A program made the translations under genes and the position numbers. Of a stretch of 64,000 bases of DNA, positions 1 through 8,977 are shown in pieces. The DNA lies in sequence record LC819006.1; one strand, written 5' to 3'. Numbering within the stretch: the stretch's first letter is position 1; each line of letters opens with the position of its first letter. Below the pieces are notes generated by a model that was not told the origin of the DNA, did no database searches, and saw only the letters and a list, made by a program, of their open reading frames with translations.

Positions 1-3
1 ATG

Positions 4-612
4 TCACCACGCATTATAGCCAGAAGGAAGCGGATATGTCAGTCCGGTTCCAGTCAGCAAGTTAGCCGAACTATTGCTACCAGTTGCAGCCGCTCCCGAG
101 ATCATCGGATAGAAAGTCGTAGCCGATGAATAAGGTGTATAATCAAACGAGTTAAACGCAACCCCGTTTTTATAAAACTTCATGGTCTTGGCCGTCAGAT
201 CCATAGCGACGCCAATGACGTCGTTGAGCCAGGCATAAGTACCATACGAAAAACGTTGTGCTGTTCCGTAAAGCAACGCAGATACGTTCGACGTGTAGCT
301 ATAGAGAAGCAGTTCACCGGGACCACCCTGGTTCCATGGATGAAAGAGTCCAGTCGTCGACGGAGCAACTCCAATGCCAGGAGTGTAGCCCCCACTACCA
401 GATTCGATTCCAGTAATCTTGACTTCGAAATACCATTTTCCTGAAGAACGAGCAATCGTTCCTCGTACCGATCCACCAATGGTCGAATCGAATGTAACTG
501 TTTTATTTCCATTGGACAACGTTACGCCAGAAGCATACATGTCGCTAGGATTCAGAGTCAGAGTCGATGACTGGACTACAGACTTCTTATAAAGAAGTAA
601 CGGGTCATGCAT
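4..612 (-). CDS. SPRY/B30.2-domain protein (lectin-like beta-sandwich), possibly virion-associated
   Basis: SPRY motifs SSGKWYFEVKI, GIGVA, DVIGVAMDL..TMKFYKNG, FYPMIS. Start placed at MHDPLLLYKK (ATG 612); the ORF track extends to 624. Confidence 0.75.
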   Translation of the reverse strand: MHDPLLLYKKSVVQSSTLTLNPSDMYASGVTLSNGNKTVTFDSTIGGSVRGTIARSSGKWYFEVKITGIESGSGGYTPGIGVAPSTTGLFHPWNQGGPGELLLYSYTSNVSALLYGTAQRFSYGTYAWLNDVIGVAMDLTAKTMKFYKNGVAFNSFDYTPYSSATTFYPMISGAAATGSNSSANLLTGTGLTYPLPSGYNAW

Positions 613-626
613 AATTTTCACCAAAC

Positions 627-1307
627 TTAAATCAGTCCACCAACAGGCGGTGTAAAGTTAGCCGTAATGATTGCAGAATCCCAGAATCCCCATTCGGCCG
701 TATAAACGTTTATACCAGACTGACCAACAATCATGCTGTTGTTGTTTATGATAGACGTACTGTCTGAGAAGTTGGCATAGGTATAGGAAGAACCAGTGCC
801 ATTTGCTAGCATGATTGCAGTACCGTTTATGTAAACGGTATTTACATTGGCCTTTCGCATAAATGCGATATGGTACCACGCTGTCGACATCTGGCCTTCA
901 GTCACACTGGCATCCCAGCATGTGGCGATGGTCGACATGGCATAGCCGAACTGCAGTCGATTACCGAAACCGTTGTCGCCGGTTCGGATATTAAACGCAC
1001 TGCTCATTATCGTTACATAGCCGGTTGCGCCGACCAGTAATACTCGAAGAATTGCAGTGAAGTCAGCAGTACTGGTCCGACTTCCATTAGCATAATTGAT
1101 CGTATCAACGCCCTTCATCGCAGTCGTATAACCAGAGAGCGAAATAGGAGGCGTTACAATCGCACCTGCGGCAGCAGTGTGGTTCGTGGGAGTGATCTTT
1201 CCAGTCGACGAATTGCTGCTGTAATTATAACCCCACAGAGGCTGAATGGAGTTGAGACCACCGCCACCCGACACTGCTTTCTTTTTTAAAAGCATCGGTG
1301 ATAACAT
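627..1307 (-). CDS. LamG/concanavalin-A-like domain protein
   Basis: TADFTAILRV, AWYHIAFMRKANVNTVYING and ANFTPP are typical of phage LamG-like proteins. Likely start MLSPMLLKKK (ATG 1307). Confidence 0.65.
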   Translation of the reverse strand: MLSPMLLKKKAVSGGGGLNSIQPLWGYNYSSNSSTGKITPTNHTAAAGAIVTPPISLSGYTTAMKGVDTINYANGSRTSTADFTAILRVLLVGATGYVTIMSSAFNIRTGDNGFGNRLQFGYAMSTIATCWDASVTEGQMSTAWYHIAFMRKANVNTVYINGTAIMLANGTGSSYTYANFSDSTSIINNNSMIVGQSGINVYTAEWGFWDSAIITANFTPPVGGLI

Positions 1308-1351
1308 AGTTTTCTCGCAAATTTGATTTACGTAAGTCACAGTATCGACCC

Positions 1352-1377
1352 CCTACCTAGCCGAAAGGCTAGGTAGG
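1352..1377. terminator. GC-rich hairpin downstream of the DNA polymerase gene
   Basis: CCTACCTAGCC-gaaa-GGCTAGGTAGG, an 11-bp perfect stem with no U-tract. Confidence 0.6.
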
Positions 1378-1387
1378 AAGAGATCGA

Positions 1388-3538
1388 TCAATACGTATCG
1401 TAGATCATTCGCGTGTTTTTCTTGTTGCTCATGAAGATGCCCATGGTTTCCAAGATGTGGTAGTAAGCACCACAGCAATCTCGCACAATCTTGCGTGCGT
1501 TCGAACCAATCAGGATCTCATCCGGAATGCCAGACAGCTGGATGATACTGACAGGAACGTAAATCGTTGTCATGTACTTACGACCGATGCGAGTACATTC
1601 GTCTTGAATATCCTTCACGAGATCCTTGTTCTGAATCTGATCCAGATAGACTTGCCAATCCGACACGTTACCGATTTCCAGAGAAACCTTCAACGACGTA
1701 TAGGGCGGCTCATCGACCATGCCATAGATCTTGCCAAACGTACGGTTCCAGAAAGTATGGTTCCAGTACGGTGTGCGATCTGCATCTTTGATTTTGTACG
1801 CATCCGCCTTCTTCAGGTGAGCAGCGCGGAAGTATTCGGTATTACCCGACTTCACGTCTTCATAGATCGACCATTCTTTCTCAGCGACCATGTCGACGAT
1901 GTCGTTCAGGTTAAGACCTTTACCATCCACCACAGCTTTCATGGATTCCAGCAGGAAGTCTTTCACTTCTGTCACAATCGCGCCAGGTGTAGCCGACGAG
2001 ATCATGTTTGCTCCCTTTAGTTCCAGGTCAGGCTTACGGAATACGTTACCTTCCTGTGCTGTCTTCATGGCGTAGTAATGCTTGGCCATCGAAGTCGGGC
2101 AGAAGATCTTGAACTTGTACTCGTTCTTCATCTGCACGTCGAACAGACGATCCGGATGGACGCCATAGTTCGCAGACATCATTGCATGCAGGTGAGATGA
2201 CGTTTGTGCGGCGAGATACACCACGACGTCAGAAGTCGATTCCATTTCGTCCGTGAAACCGATTGTGCCGTAAACACGACCAACCCATTCCTGAACGGTA
2301 AACAGAGTCGAGTCAGTATCGCCACCGAGAACGGAACGACGAAGACTGGTCGGGAAGTTGCCCGTGGATGCAGGCATGTTGCCCGTGAGCCAGAAAGCAT
2401 CGATCAACGGCTGCACTGAGCACAGCGTATTGTTGATGTTCTTGGCATTGGTTGCGAGTACGCCGTAGTTGTGCGGACTTTCTTTCAGAATTTCCTTCGG
2501 CTTTTTACCAACCGAGAAAGAACGACAGATCTGACGCGACAGGTTAACGGTATCTTCCGAAACTGTCTTGAGAACGAACTGAGCTTCATCTACCGGCATC
2601 GATTCGTCGATGAAACGCGACAACTGATTCAGCAGACCAACCACAAAACCAGTATTGTGCTTGTACAGATGGTAGAAATCACCAACATACACGAATGCCG
2701 CACGCTCAAGCGGCTTCATCGTTTCGACGAAATCCCACACAGGTTGCATGTGCTGGTTCGACTGGAAATAGAGCAGACGACTACGATCGATACAATCGTT
2801 GACATCCTGCACCGTCGGCCAATGCAACTGGAACATCTTCATTGCTTCCTCGACCTTCTCCAGATCGGTGATAGCACAGATCGACACGAGGTTGTTCAGG
2901 ATCGTGTCGCGGTCCATGTAGTGGCGGTTGCCTTCGATGAACTTTTCGTTGTTTGCGTTTCCGTATGCAGTCGTGTTACGGCAGTTTGTCGTAAGCGACG
3001 AATGCGAAGTCGGATTAAATAGAGCCGTCGACGGAGTGAGTGAGGCCCCGGAGAGCGAGTTATTCGTGGTCTTTGCATTGTTCTGTCCGAGATCCTTAAA
3101 CACATAGAGAACCATGTCCCCTGCATTCTTGGCATCGAACATCTGATCTTTGAGCACCGAACGCTTAACGATGTTATCCATCGTGTAAAGCGACAGGAGC
3201 GATTGCCGAACATCCGGCGAGCAATACGACGTAAATGTCGGCGACATCGATTCGTTATTCTCGAATACATCTGCGAGATAACGCGACATCGTGGTTTCTT
3301 TGAGAACGCGGTCTTCAAAATTCTCACGATGGAGATAACGCACCATCGGATCCCGGAATTCAAACAGACCACCGGGTTTCATGTTCTTGACGACGAATTC
3401 TCGTGCAGCTTGGATCGTGATTCCCTTTCTCTTGGAGAGAAAGAGCGATGCCTGGTCTACATAACCGTTGAGCACTTTCGTGTCACGGCGATAGTCCTCT
3501 CGTTCTTTACGGAAAGTTACAGGTCGCAACTGATGCAT
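1388..3538 (-). CDS. Family-B DNA polymerase, palm-containing subunit of the split phiKZ-type polymerase (gp50-like)
   Basis: Catalytic GDTDS motif, K..NNSLSG region, HSSLTTNCRNTTAYGNANNE, KHYYA and LELKG. Start set at MHQLRP (ATG 3538) after an AAGGA RBS. Confidence 0.88.
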   Translation of the reverse strand: MHQLRPVTFRKEREDYRRDTKVLNGYVDQASLFLSKRKGITIQAAREFVVKNMKPGGLFEFRDPMVRYLHRENFEDRVLKETTMSRYLADVFENNESMSPTFTSYCSPDVRQSLLSLYTMDNIVKRSVLKDQMFDAKNAGDMVLYVFKDLGQNNAKTTNNSLSGASLTPSTALFNPTSHSSLTTNCRNTTAYGNANNEKFIEGNRHYMDRDTILNNLVSICAITDLEKVEEAMKMFQLHWPTVQDVNDCIDRSRLLYFQSNQHMQPVWDFVETMKPLERAAFVYVGDFYHLYKHNTGFVVGLLNQLSRFIDESMPVDEAQFVLKTVSEDTVNLSRQICRSFSVGKKPKEILKESPHNYGVLATNAKNINNTLCSVQPLIDAFWLTGNMPASTGNFPTSLRRSVLGGDTDSTLFTVQEWVGRVYGTIGFTDEMESTSDVVVYLAAQTSSHLHAMMSANYGVHPDRLFDVQMKNEYKFKIFCPTSMAKHYYAMKTAQEGNVFRKPDLELKGANMISSATPGAIVTEVKDFLLESMKAVVDGKGLNLNDIVDMVAEKEWSIYEDVKSGNTEYFRAAHLKKADAYKIKDADRTPYWNHTFWNRTFGKIYGMVDEPPYTSLKVSLEIGNVSDWQVYLDQIQNKDLVKDIQDECTRIGRKYMTTIYVPVSIIQLSGIPDEILIGSNARKIVRDCCGAYYHILETMGIFMSNKKNTRMIYDTY

Positions 3539-3577
3539 TGTTTCCGTTCCTTGGGTTGACAGCAAAAAAAGATAACA

Positions 3578-3618
3578 CCCCGTAAAGCAAATCCGAAGAT
3601 CACTTTACGGGGCGGATT
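3578..3618 (-). promoter_or_regulatory. Terminator-like hairpin with a competing pairing, upstream of the polymerase RBS
   Basis: 10-bp stem CCCCGTAAAG/CTTTACGGGG followed on the minus strand by a T-run. Loop sequence 3590-3595 is complementary to 3613-3618. Confidence 0.45.
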
Positions 3619-3648
3619 CAAACTAGATGGTGACCTAACAAAAAAATA

Positions 3649-4074
3649 TCAGGTCGTGGTCGTATTGCCATTGAAGGTGATCTGGAAGTTGACGAAGCCG
3701 GCTTGCTTGAGCATCGTCGACAGGCGTACCAGATCCGACGTCGAGACGTTCGGAATGACGATACCGGCAACGCTGACCTGAACTTCCGAGATGGAAGTCG
3801 GGTCAATCCAGGGCTCACCGATGATGGTGATCGTGCCATCGATTTTCTTGATCCGGTAGTAGTTATACTGACGCGGATCGTTGGGGAAACCCGTCGGCAA
3901 GTTCCCGGACGAGACAACAGCTGCATGCACGGGCTGAATGTCGCCTTGGAGCATGACTGCAGTTTCGAACGGGAAGTAGCCGAGGATCTCGACACGTTTG
4001 AAAGAAGTACCCAGGACATTCGGAGCATACGTCTCGAAGTCATAGATCTTCTTATTGTCCATCGCTTGTGACAT
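3649..4074 (-). CDS. Conserved jumbo-phage hypothetical protein upstream of DNA polymerase (phiKZ gp49-like position)
   Basis: Clean ORF with phage codon usage; FETYAPNVLG and YYRIKKIDGTITIIGEPWID resemble the syntenic phiKZ-like protein. Confidence 0.65.
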   Translation of the reverse strand: MSQAMDNKKIYDFETYAPNVLGTSFKRVEILGYFPFETAVMLQGDIQPVHAAVVSSGNLPTGFPNDPRQYNYYRIKKIDGTITIIGEPWIDPTSISEVQVSVAGIVIPNVSTSDLVRLSTMLKQAGFVNFQITFNGNTTTT

Positions 4075-4086
4075 GGATGTTCACCT

Positions 4087-4467
4087 TTAATCGTCGAACG
4101 GAGTTTCGAATCTTTTCACCACAATAGAGCGGTTATTCCGGTTCGACTCAGGTGCGTACTCGAATCCATCGCCAGCGTACAGACCGTGCGCCCGTAATTG
4201 CGACGCAATGTTTTTTACGAGAAGAAAAAAAGATTCCAGGAACCGCTGGAGGAATCTTGGATCGGGCTCCAGATGTTCACGATAGAAATTCCCCAACTTG
4301 GACAGTTGAGGTTCCTCGTGAACATCTTCGAGCTCGAAGATGATGACGTCGAACACCATCAGGACGACGTCACTCAAAACGTATTCAGGTAGTTTCTTCT
4401 CCGGACCCACATCGCGACAGAATTCACGAAGCGCGTGTCGGAGGTCGACAATTATCCGCTCAGACAT
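4087..4467 (-). CDS. Hypothetical protein, paralog-array member A
   Basis: 126 aa, overlaps the upstream gene; N-terminal RIIVDLRH. Confidence 0.7.
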   Translation of the reverse strand: MSERIIVDLRHALREFCRDVGPEKKLPEYVLSDVVLMVFDVIIFELEDVHEEPQLSKLGNFYREHLEPDPRFLQRFLESFFLLVKNIASQLRAHGLYAGDGFEYAPESNRNNRSIVVKRFETPFDD

Positions 4468-4880
4468 TCCCCTTCACCATGTTGGTCGATTTCATGTTCA
4501 GAAAAGATCTTGATGATCATATCCATACCCACAAACCCTTCAAATTTCAAAATGCTTGGAACTTGTGAGTTCAGAAGTTCAAGCTCTTTCATGTAACTAA
4601 AAAGTGTCGTCACGAATTCGTACGCCATCTGGGCAACGTCATCCGTGTACAACTCTTCGAGGATCCCCGTATCCGTGAGTTCCACGGCCATCTTCATCGT
4701 AGCTTCCAGGAGCTCGATATGTTGATTGGTCTTAGCGTTCTGAGAATGATGCAACCACATCACCATCGTGATCAGCATCTGCATCAGAACAAACTGATGT
4801 TCATCCTCTCGGAAATATTCCTCGAAGACGCTCTTCCATTTCTGGATCCGATCTTTCGTCGGAATAATGAATTTTTGCAT
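4452..4880 (-). CDS. Hypothetical protein, paralog-array member B
   Basis: 142 aa, ATG start; N-terminal KFIIPTKD and C-terminal MDMIIKI strand. Confidence 0.7.
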   Translation of the reverse strand: MQKFIIPTKDRIQKWKSVFEEYFREDEHQFVLMQMLITMVMWLHHSQNAKTNQHIELLEATMKMAVELTDTGILEELYTDDVAQMAYEFVTTLFSYMKELELLNSQVPSILKFEGFVGMDMIIKIFSEHEIDQHGEGECLSG

Positions 4881-4935
4881 GTTAACGATTCGCCGATAGG
4901 TGTCTCATAACCATTGCCGAACGATCGATGTATTT

Positions 4936-5292
4936 TTATTCGATCACCTCAAACTTCAACGACATAAAACTGTCGCTGGGAATGAAGCTAACGTGCTGAT
5001 GAATGAACCCTGCACGCTGCAACTCGCGGAGAATGTGCGCACGGATCCTCATAAAGAAATCCATGATTCGCATCTGCTGCCCAACAGTAAATGGCTTGAC
5101 TTCCTGATGACCCTGAAACCAGTAGTCACCATAAACCATTCTCCTGATGTACGCGCGATCTTCTTTATCTCCACGTATACCTTCACACAGGTTGTCTAGG
5201 GTCTCGGAATAATCGATTAATCCAAACTCCAGTGTAAAGAATTCCCGGAACATTTTCAGAATTTGGATCTTATCGATCAAGACCAGTTTCAT
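4936..5292 (-). CDS. Hypothetical protein, paralog-array member C
   Basis: Start MKLVLID overlaps the upstream stop as TGATG, indicating translational coupling. Confidence 0.7.
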   Translation of the reverse strand: MKLVLIDKIQILKMFREFFTLEFGLIDYSETLDNLCEGIRGDKEDRAYIRRMVYGDYWFQGHQEVKPFTVGQQMRIMDFFMRIRAHILRELQRAGFIHQHVSFIPSDSFMSLKFEVIE

Positions 5293-5717
5293 CAGAACCT
5301 CAATCGCATTTTCAAAGCGTGAGCGCTGGACCACTGAAGGCTGCGTTCATCGATGGCATAATCGCCGTGTACATCGCGAATTAACGACATCGTAGCGCGA
5401 ACCATATCGTCTATGATTGCACCGACTTTTGTTGCTTCACGAATCTCGTACTCTTCAACCGAGTAATTCCGATTGAAGGTGGCGTTGGAGAAATAGGTTG
5501 CTTCTTCTTCCTTTTTCGTCCACTCAGCCATCGCATCGTTCATCTCCCGAAAGATCTGAACGTCACGTGCACTTATATCTACTTCTCGCTGGGTCGCCAT
5601 CACACACGACTCGATAAAACCCTCCAGTTCATGCGGATAGAAATACAACAGATCCTCGGCAGGACCCACCTTTTCGAATACGTGACGGAAATCCACCAGG
5701 TAGGTTCGCTCACCCAT
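5292..5717 (-). CDS. Hypothetical protein, paralog-array member D
   Basis: AAGGAGG RBS precedes MGERTYLVDFRH (ATG 5717); the open frame extends to 5879. Confidence 0.65.
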   Translation of the reverse strand: MGERTYLVDFRHVFEKVGPAEDLLYFYPHELEGFIESCVMATQREVDISARDVQIFREMNDAMAEWTKKEEEATYFSNATFNRNYSVEEYEIREATKVGAIIDDMVRATMSLIRDVHGDYAIDERSLQWSSAHALKMRLRF

Positions 5718-5835
5718 GTAACGATCCTCCTTTAGCACTTCAATCATCCTCGGGTATTGCGTTGTGAAAAGATTCCGATTACGGAACGACTCATCTCTCA
5801 AAGCCAGCCCCGGTTTCGTTTCCACCTGGATCAGC

Positions 5836-6261
5836 CTAGAAGAAGTAGCCTCGTTGTTCTTCGTAACGTTCTGGAACATTGATAATCAGCTCCAATCTTT
5901 CGGTCAGCCAGTACATGTCCTCAGGTAGCTCGGCAGCGATATTCGGAAACCACGCCAAGACTTCACCCAGTACCAGATGTTCGAGTTCTTGTTTTACAAA
6001 GTCCGCCTCACCATTGATCATGCAATCGAGGTTCAGCGCCAGATCGAGTTCTTCCTGCATCTCGGTATGATCCGAAGTCAGATCAAAAACCTTCTCCACG
6101 ATCAAAGGAAGAATCTCCTTGATGTGGCAGGTCGAATACGTTTTGCCTTTTTCTGTAGCCCTTCTGACGTACCAGTTAATGGGACGATGCAGATCGACTA
6201 GATATCTACCACCTTTGTACGGTGGCTTTGGATAGACGGGATCATCGTCAAATGGTCTCAT
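5836..6261 (-). CDS. Hypothetical protein, paralog-array member E
   Basis: Likely start MRPFDDD overlapping the upstream stop; contains GRYLVDLHR. Confidence 0.65.
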   Translation of the reverse strand: MRPFDDDPVYPKPPYKGGRYLVDLHRPINWYVRRATEKGKTYSTCHIKEILPLIVEKVFDLTSDHTEMQEELDLALNLDCMINGEADFVKQELEHLVLGEVLAWFPNIAAELPEDMYWLTERLELIINVPERYEEQRGYFF

Positions 6262-6823
6262 GCCGGTTAGCAATCTTTTCTTGTTCCGCTTTCGTCCACT
6301 GGATGACTCGCCAGTCTGCATACTCTTCGATCATCAGAGTGCGCAGATCACGACCTTGTGTGAGGCGATGCAAGACGAAACGGTTCGGATTCATGTGCTC
6401 GGTCGTCAGAGCCAGCAATTGCTTGAGGACATCATCCAGCATGTCCGCAGCTTTCTTGTTTGCCGGATCGTTCAGATCGTAACGCAATTCTTCACGCAGT
6501 TCTGCTTCGATGTCGAAACCGATCAGCTCACGAAGATTTATGAGGTGGATATGCCAGTCACAGTCTTCGCCATAAACCCAGGCGCGCCGACGATTGACGA
6601 TAGCTTCCATGATCGTGATAACGACCTTGCGAACGAGATGCGTGAGAGCCGGTTTTGTAAAGTCGTATTCCTGGATGCTCGGCAGCATCTCGAAGATGTT
6701 CATGATGGCAGCAATGTGCTGCTGCGGATCGATAATGGTAATCTTGAACGGACGATCGGAGATAACCGAAGTATCCATCCAGACTACACCATCCGATGCT
6801 TTTGTGAATTCGGGTTCTTTCAC
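6248..6823 (-). CDS. Hypothetical protein, paralog-array member F
   Basis: GTG start after AAGGA/GGAG; contains KITIIDPQQH. Confidence 0.7.
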   Translation of the reverse strand: MKEPEFTKASDGVVWMDTSVISDRPFKITIIDPQQHIAAIMNIFEMLPSIQEYDFTKPALTHLVRKVVITIMEAIVNRRRAWVYGEDCDWHIHLINLRELIGFDIEAELREELRYDLNDPANKKAADMLDDVLKQLLALTTEHMNPNRFVLHRLTQGRDLRTLMIEEYADWRVIQWTKAEQEKIANRHETI

Positions 6824-6977
6824 CTAAACTCCGTCCTTGTAAAATGCCTCTAAAAGCTGCAGAATGACCCCGTAGTGCATTTGATTAGTGTCGGATATAA
6901 GAATATACTTACAACCATTCCAAAGCCTTCAGAGAGCCTAAAATTTAAATATAAAAATTTGGCGGCATAAGTGGAAG

Positions 6978-7007
6978 ACTCCAGAACCCCCGAAGGAGTT
7001 CTGGAGT
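6978..7007. terminator. Hairpin downstream of phuZ
   Basis: ACTCCAGAAC...GTTCTGGAGT, a 10-bp stem. Confidence 0.55.
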
Positions 7008-7017
7008 TCACCCAGCT

Positions 7018-8013
7018 TTAGAACACCAGGCCGTTGCTGGCCTTCTTGGTATTGCCTTCCGACAGCTTGTTGCGAACGACACGCGCGCCTTCACGCGTTT
7101 CGTAATCCGCCAACTGCTTGCGCAGGTTCTTCATGACGCCGTCGAGGAAACCATCAGCCACCACGAAGTGCAGCGGGAACTTCATGTCCTTGTCTGCATC
7201 CGGATGGACCGGAACGCCGACGCGCTGGAACTCGACCGGACGATCGAGCTTCGTGTTGTTCAGGTCGTTGTTCAGCGTTGCCACCGTCATCAGGTTGGCG
7301 TCCGAACCGAGGTTCAGCTTTTCCCGATGGATCGACAGCACACCGACCTGCGGCGCAAACGACGTGACGTTTTCCGGATGGAAAACGTTGATCAGGTCGC
7401 GAGCATCCAGGTTCTTGTTCTGGCCGCTGAACAGAACGGTCAAACACGATACTGCCAGATGCACCTTCGCGTCGACTTCTTCGATCGTGCCGTCGATGCC
7501 GTTTTGCAGATACTGCAACACGATCGACTTCTCGCGCGTTTCGACGATCCCTTCGTAGGACTCCATCGTACCGATGGTGTTCAGGATGTAGTTCTTGGTG
7601 TCGTCACCGCCGATCGAGAACACGATTGCAGTCTTGCCCTGAGCGAGTGCTTCCGATGCGATCGACGGACCCATCACCGAACCAGAACCACCGGTCGTGG
7701 AATGGATGATGATGTTGACGTCGGCCAGCGGGAATTTCTGGAGCATTTCGCCGGTGTACTTGATGATGTCCGGGCCATTGTAGCGGCGAACACCGCCCGA
7801 GCCGTTTGCTTCCGGCAGCTGATAGAAGTGCTCCGACGGCACACCGAAGGTAGATGCTTTGGAGGTGTCCATGTACACCGGATCGAGTTCTGCATAGCCG
7901 GTATTGCGATTGCCGCGTTCCGGTTCGAAATACTTGCCGATTCCGATGCCTGCGCCGCCGCAAGCGTAAATGCGAAGTTTGCCCAGCGTGTTGGTATTGT
8001 TCAGTTCCGACAT
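7018..8013 (-). CDS. phuZ: PhuZ phage tubulin
   Basis: YACGGAGIGIG, MDTS, GSGGVRR and the tubulin signature STTGGSGSVMGP; C-terminal tail ending ASNGLVF; 331 aa. Confidence 0.93.
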   Translation of the reverse strand: MSELNNTNTLGKLRIYACGGAGIGIGKYFEPERGNRNTGYAELDPVYMDTSKASTFGVPSEHFYQLPEANGSGGVRRYNGPDIIKYTGEMLQKFPLADVNIIIHSTTGGSGSVMGPSIASEALAQGKTAIVFSIGGDDTKNYILNTIGTMESYEGIVETREKSIVLQYLQNGIDGTIEEVDAKVHLAVSCLTVLFSGQNKNLDARDLINVFHPENVTSFAPQVGVLSIHREKLNLGSDANLMTVATLNNDLNNTKLDRPVEFQRVGVPVHPDADKDMKFPLHFVVADGFLDGVMKNLRKQLADYETREGARVVRNKLSEGNTKKASNGLVF

Positions 8014-8083
8014 GTTCAGTTCTCACTGTGAAATTTTAAAAGATGAGCCAGCGTCGAATTGATTTCGATACTGATTCACGTTT

Positions 8084-8099
8084 GTAATATATCGCTGAA
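8084..8099 (-). promoter_or_regulatory. phiKZ-type early promoter upstream of phuZ
   Basis: Minus strand reads TTCAGCGATATATTAC, containing the phiKZ early motif TATATTAC, 70 nt before the start. Confidence 0.7.
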
Positions 8100-8122
8100 T
8101 TTCGTTTAAACAAGGACTCCCT

Positions 8123-8935
8123 ATGCATTCAGGATCGGCCGTTGAGAAGGCCATCACGGAGATCAAGTACATCATCCCTGAGGAGATTCTTGATCTCGTC
8201 TTTCTCAAGAAAGCTTACTTCTTTCGTGACAGGCCGACCAACCTGGATCGAGAAATAATCAAGAAGGTCATCGCACCACGCGTGATGGTCGACTGCAGTC
8301 TCATCGGAGGTACAGACTATATCGTACCCCTGATGGATATTTATCGCGAGCTTACCGAGGAGTGGATGGCTGTTTACCGCATCCCGAAAGAGTTCACCGA
8401 TAACCGCAGCGTCATGTCGATTCTCGGCGTGATGTATATCAATCCGTACATGGTATCGGCGCCCGCGGGTAACAACATTACTGGCTGGTCGCACATCATG
8501 GCGACTACTCAGGCAGTGCTGGAAGCGATGTCTCCGATTCCGAACTTCAGTTCGTCGGATGTTTCGCTTGAAGGTGAGAACGTGATTGTCATTCGTGACG
8601 CTCGAGTTCTGCCCTCCTTCAGTTATGCTCGTGTCATTCTGTCTTACGACGAGTACATGAGCAACATCAATCCGCGTTCGTATCTCGCGTTTGCCAAGAT
8701 GTGTGAACTCGCAGTCAAGTCATACATCTGGAAGAACCGCGTGATTCCTCTGGATCGTGGTGAACTGACTGCTGGCGTGACACTTGGCGCCATCAAGGAA
8801 GTCATCGACGAGTACAAGGATGCGGAACAGATGTACCAGGATTATCGCAAAGATACCATGCGAAAAGTCCTGTTGATGAACGACGAAGGACGCAAACGTC
8901 GTCATCTCACGCGCATTATTGGCGGCTATAAATAA
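8123..8935 (+). CDS. Conserved phiKZ-like protein, probably virion structural
   Basis: 270 aa, TATG-overlapping start; IPEEILDLVF and LAVKSYIWKN..I.LDRG resemble a conserved jumbo-phage structural family. Confidence 0.6.
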   Translation: MHSGSAVEKAITEIKYIIPEEILDLVFLKKAYFFRDRPTNLDREIIKKVIAPRVMVDCSLIGGTDYIVPLMDIYRELTEEWMAVYRIPKEFTDNRSVMSILGVMYINPYMVSAPAGNNITGWSHIMATTQAVLEAMSPIPNFSSSDVSLEGENVIVIRDARVLPSFSYARVILSYDEYMSNINPRSYLAFAKMCELAVKSYIWKNRVIPLDRGELTAGVTLGAIKEVIDEYKDAEQMYQDYRKDTMRKVLLMNDEGRKRRHLTRIIGGYK

Positions 8936-8943
8936 TGTGGACT

Positions 8944-8971
8944 CCTACTCTACCCGAAAGGGTAGAGTAGG
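8944..8971. terminator. Bidirectional hairpin between convergent genes
   Basis: CCTACTCTACCC-gaaa-GGGTAGAGTAGG, a 12-bp stem. Confidence 0.65.
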
Positions 8972-8977
8972 TAGACC

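Noticed and set aside
4218-4232. A-run (AAGAAAAAAAAG) as a possible frameshift site
   Set aside because: The host gene reads through it intact on the minus strand (FFLL), and no alternative frame gives a sensible extension.
5718-5879. N-terminal extension of array member D, and similar upstream extensions at 3565, 12251, 34272, 53421 and 56028
   Set aside because: Downstream ATGs have better RBS or TATG context, and the extensions overlap neighbours or hairpins. True starts need experimental confirmation.
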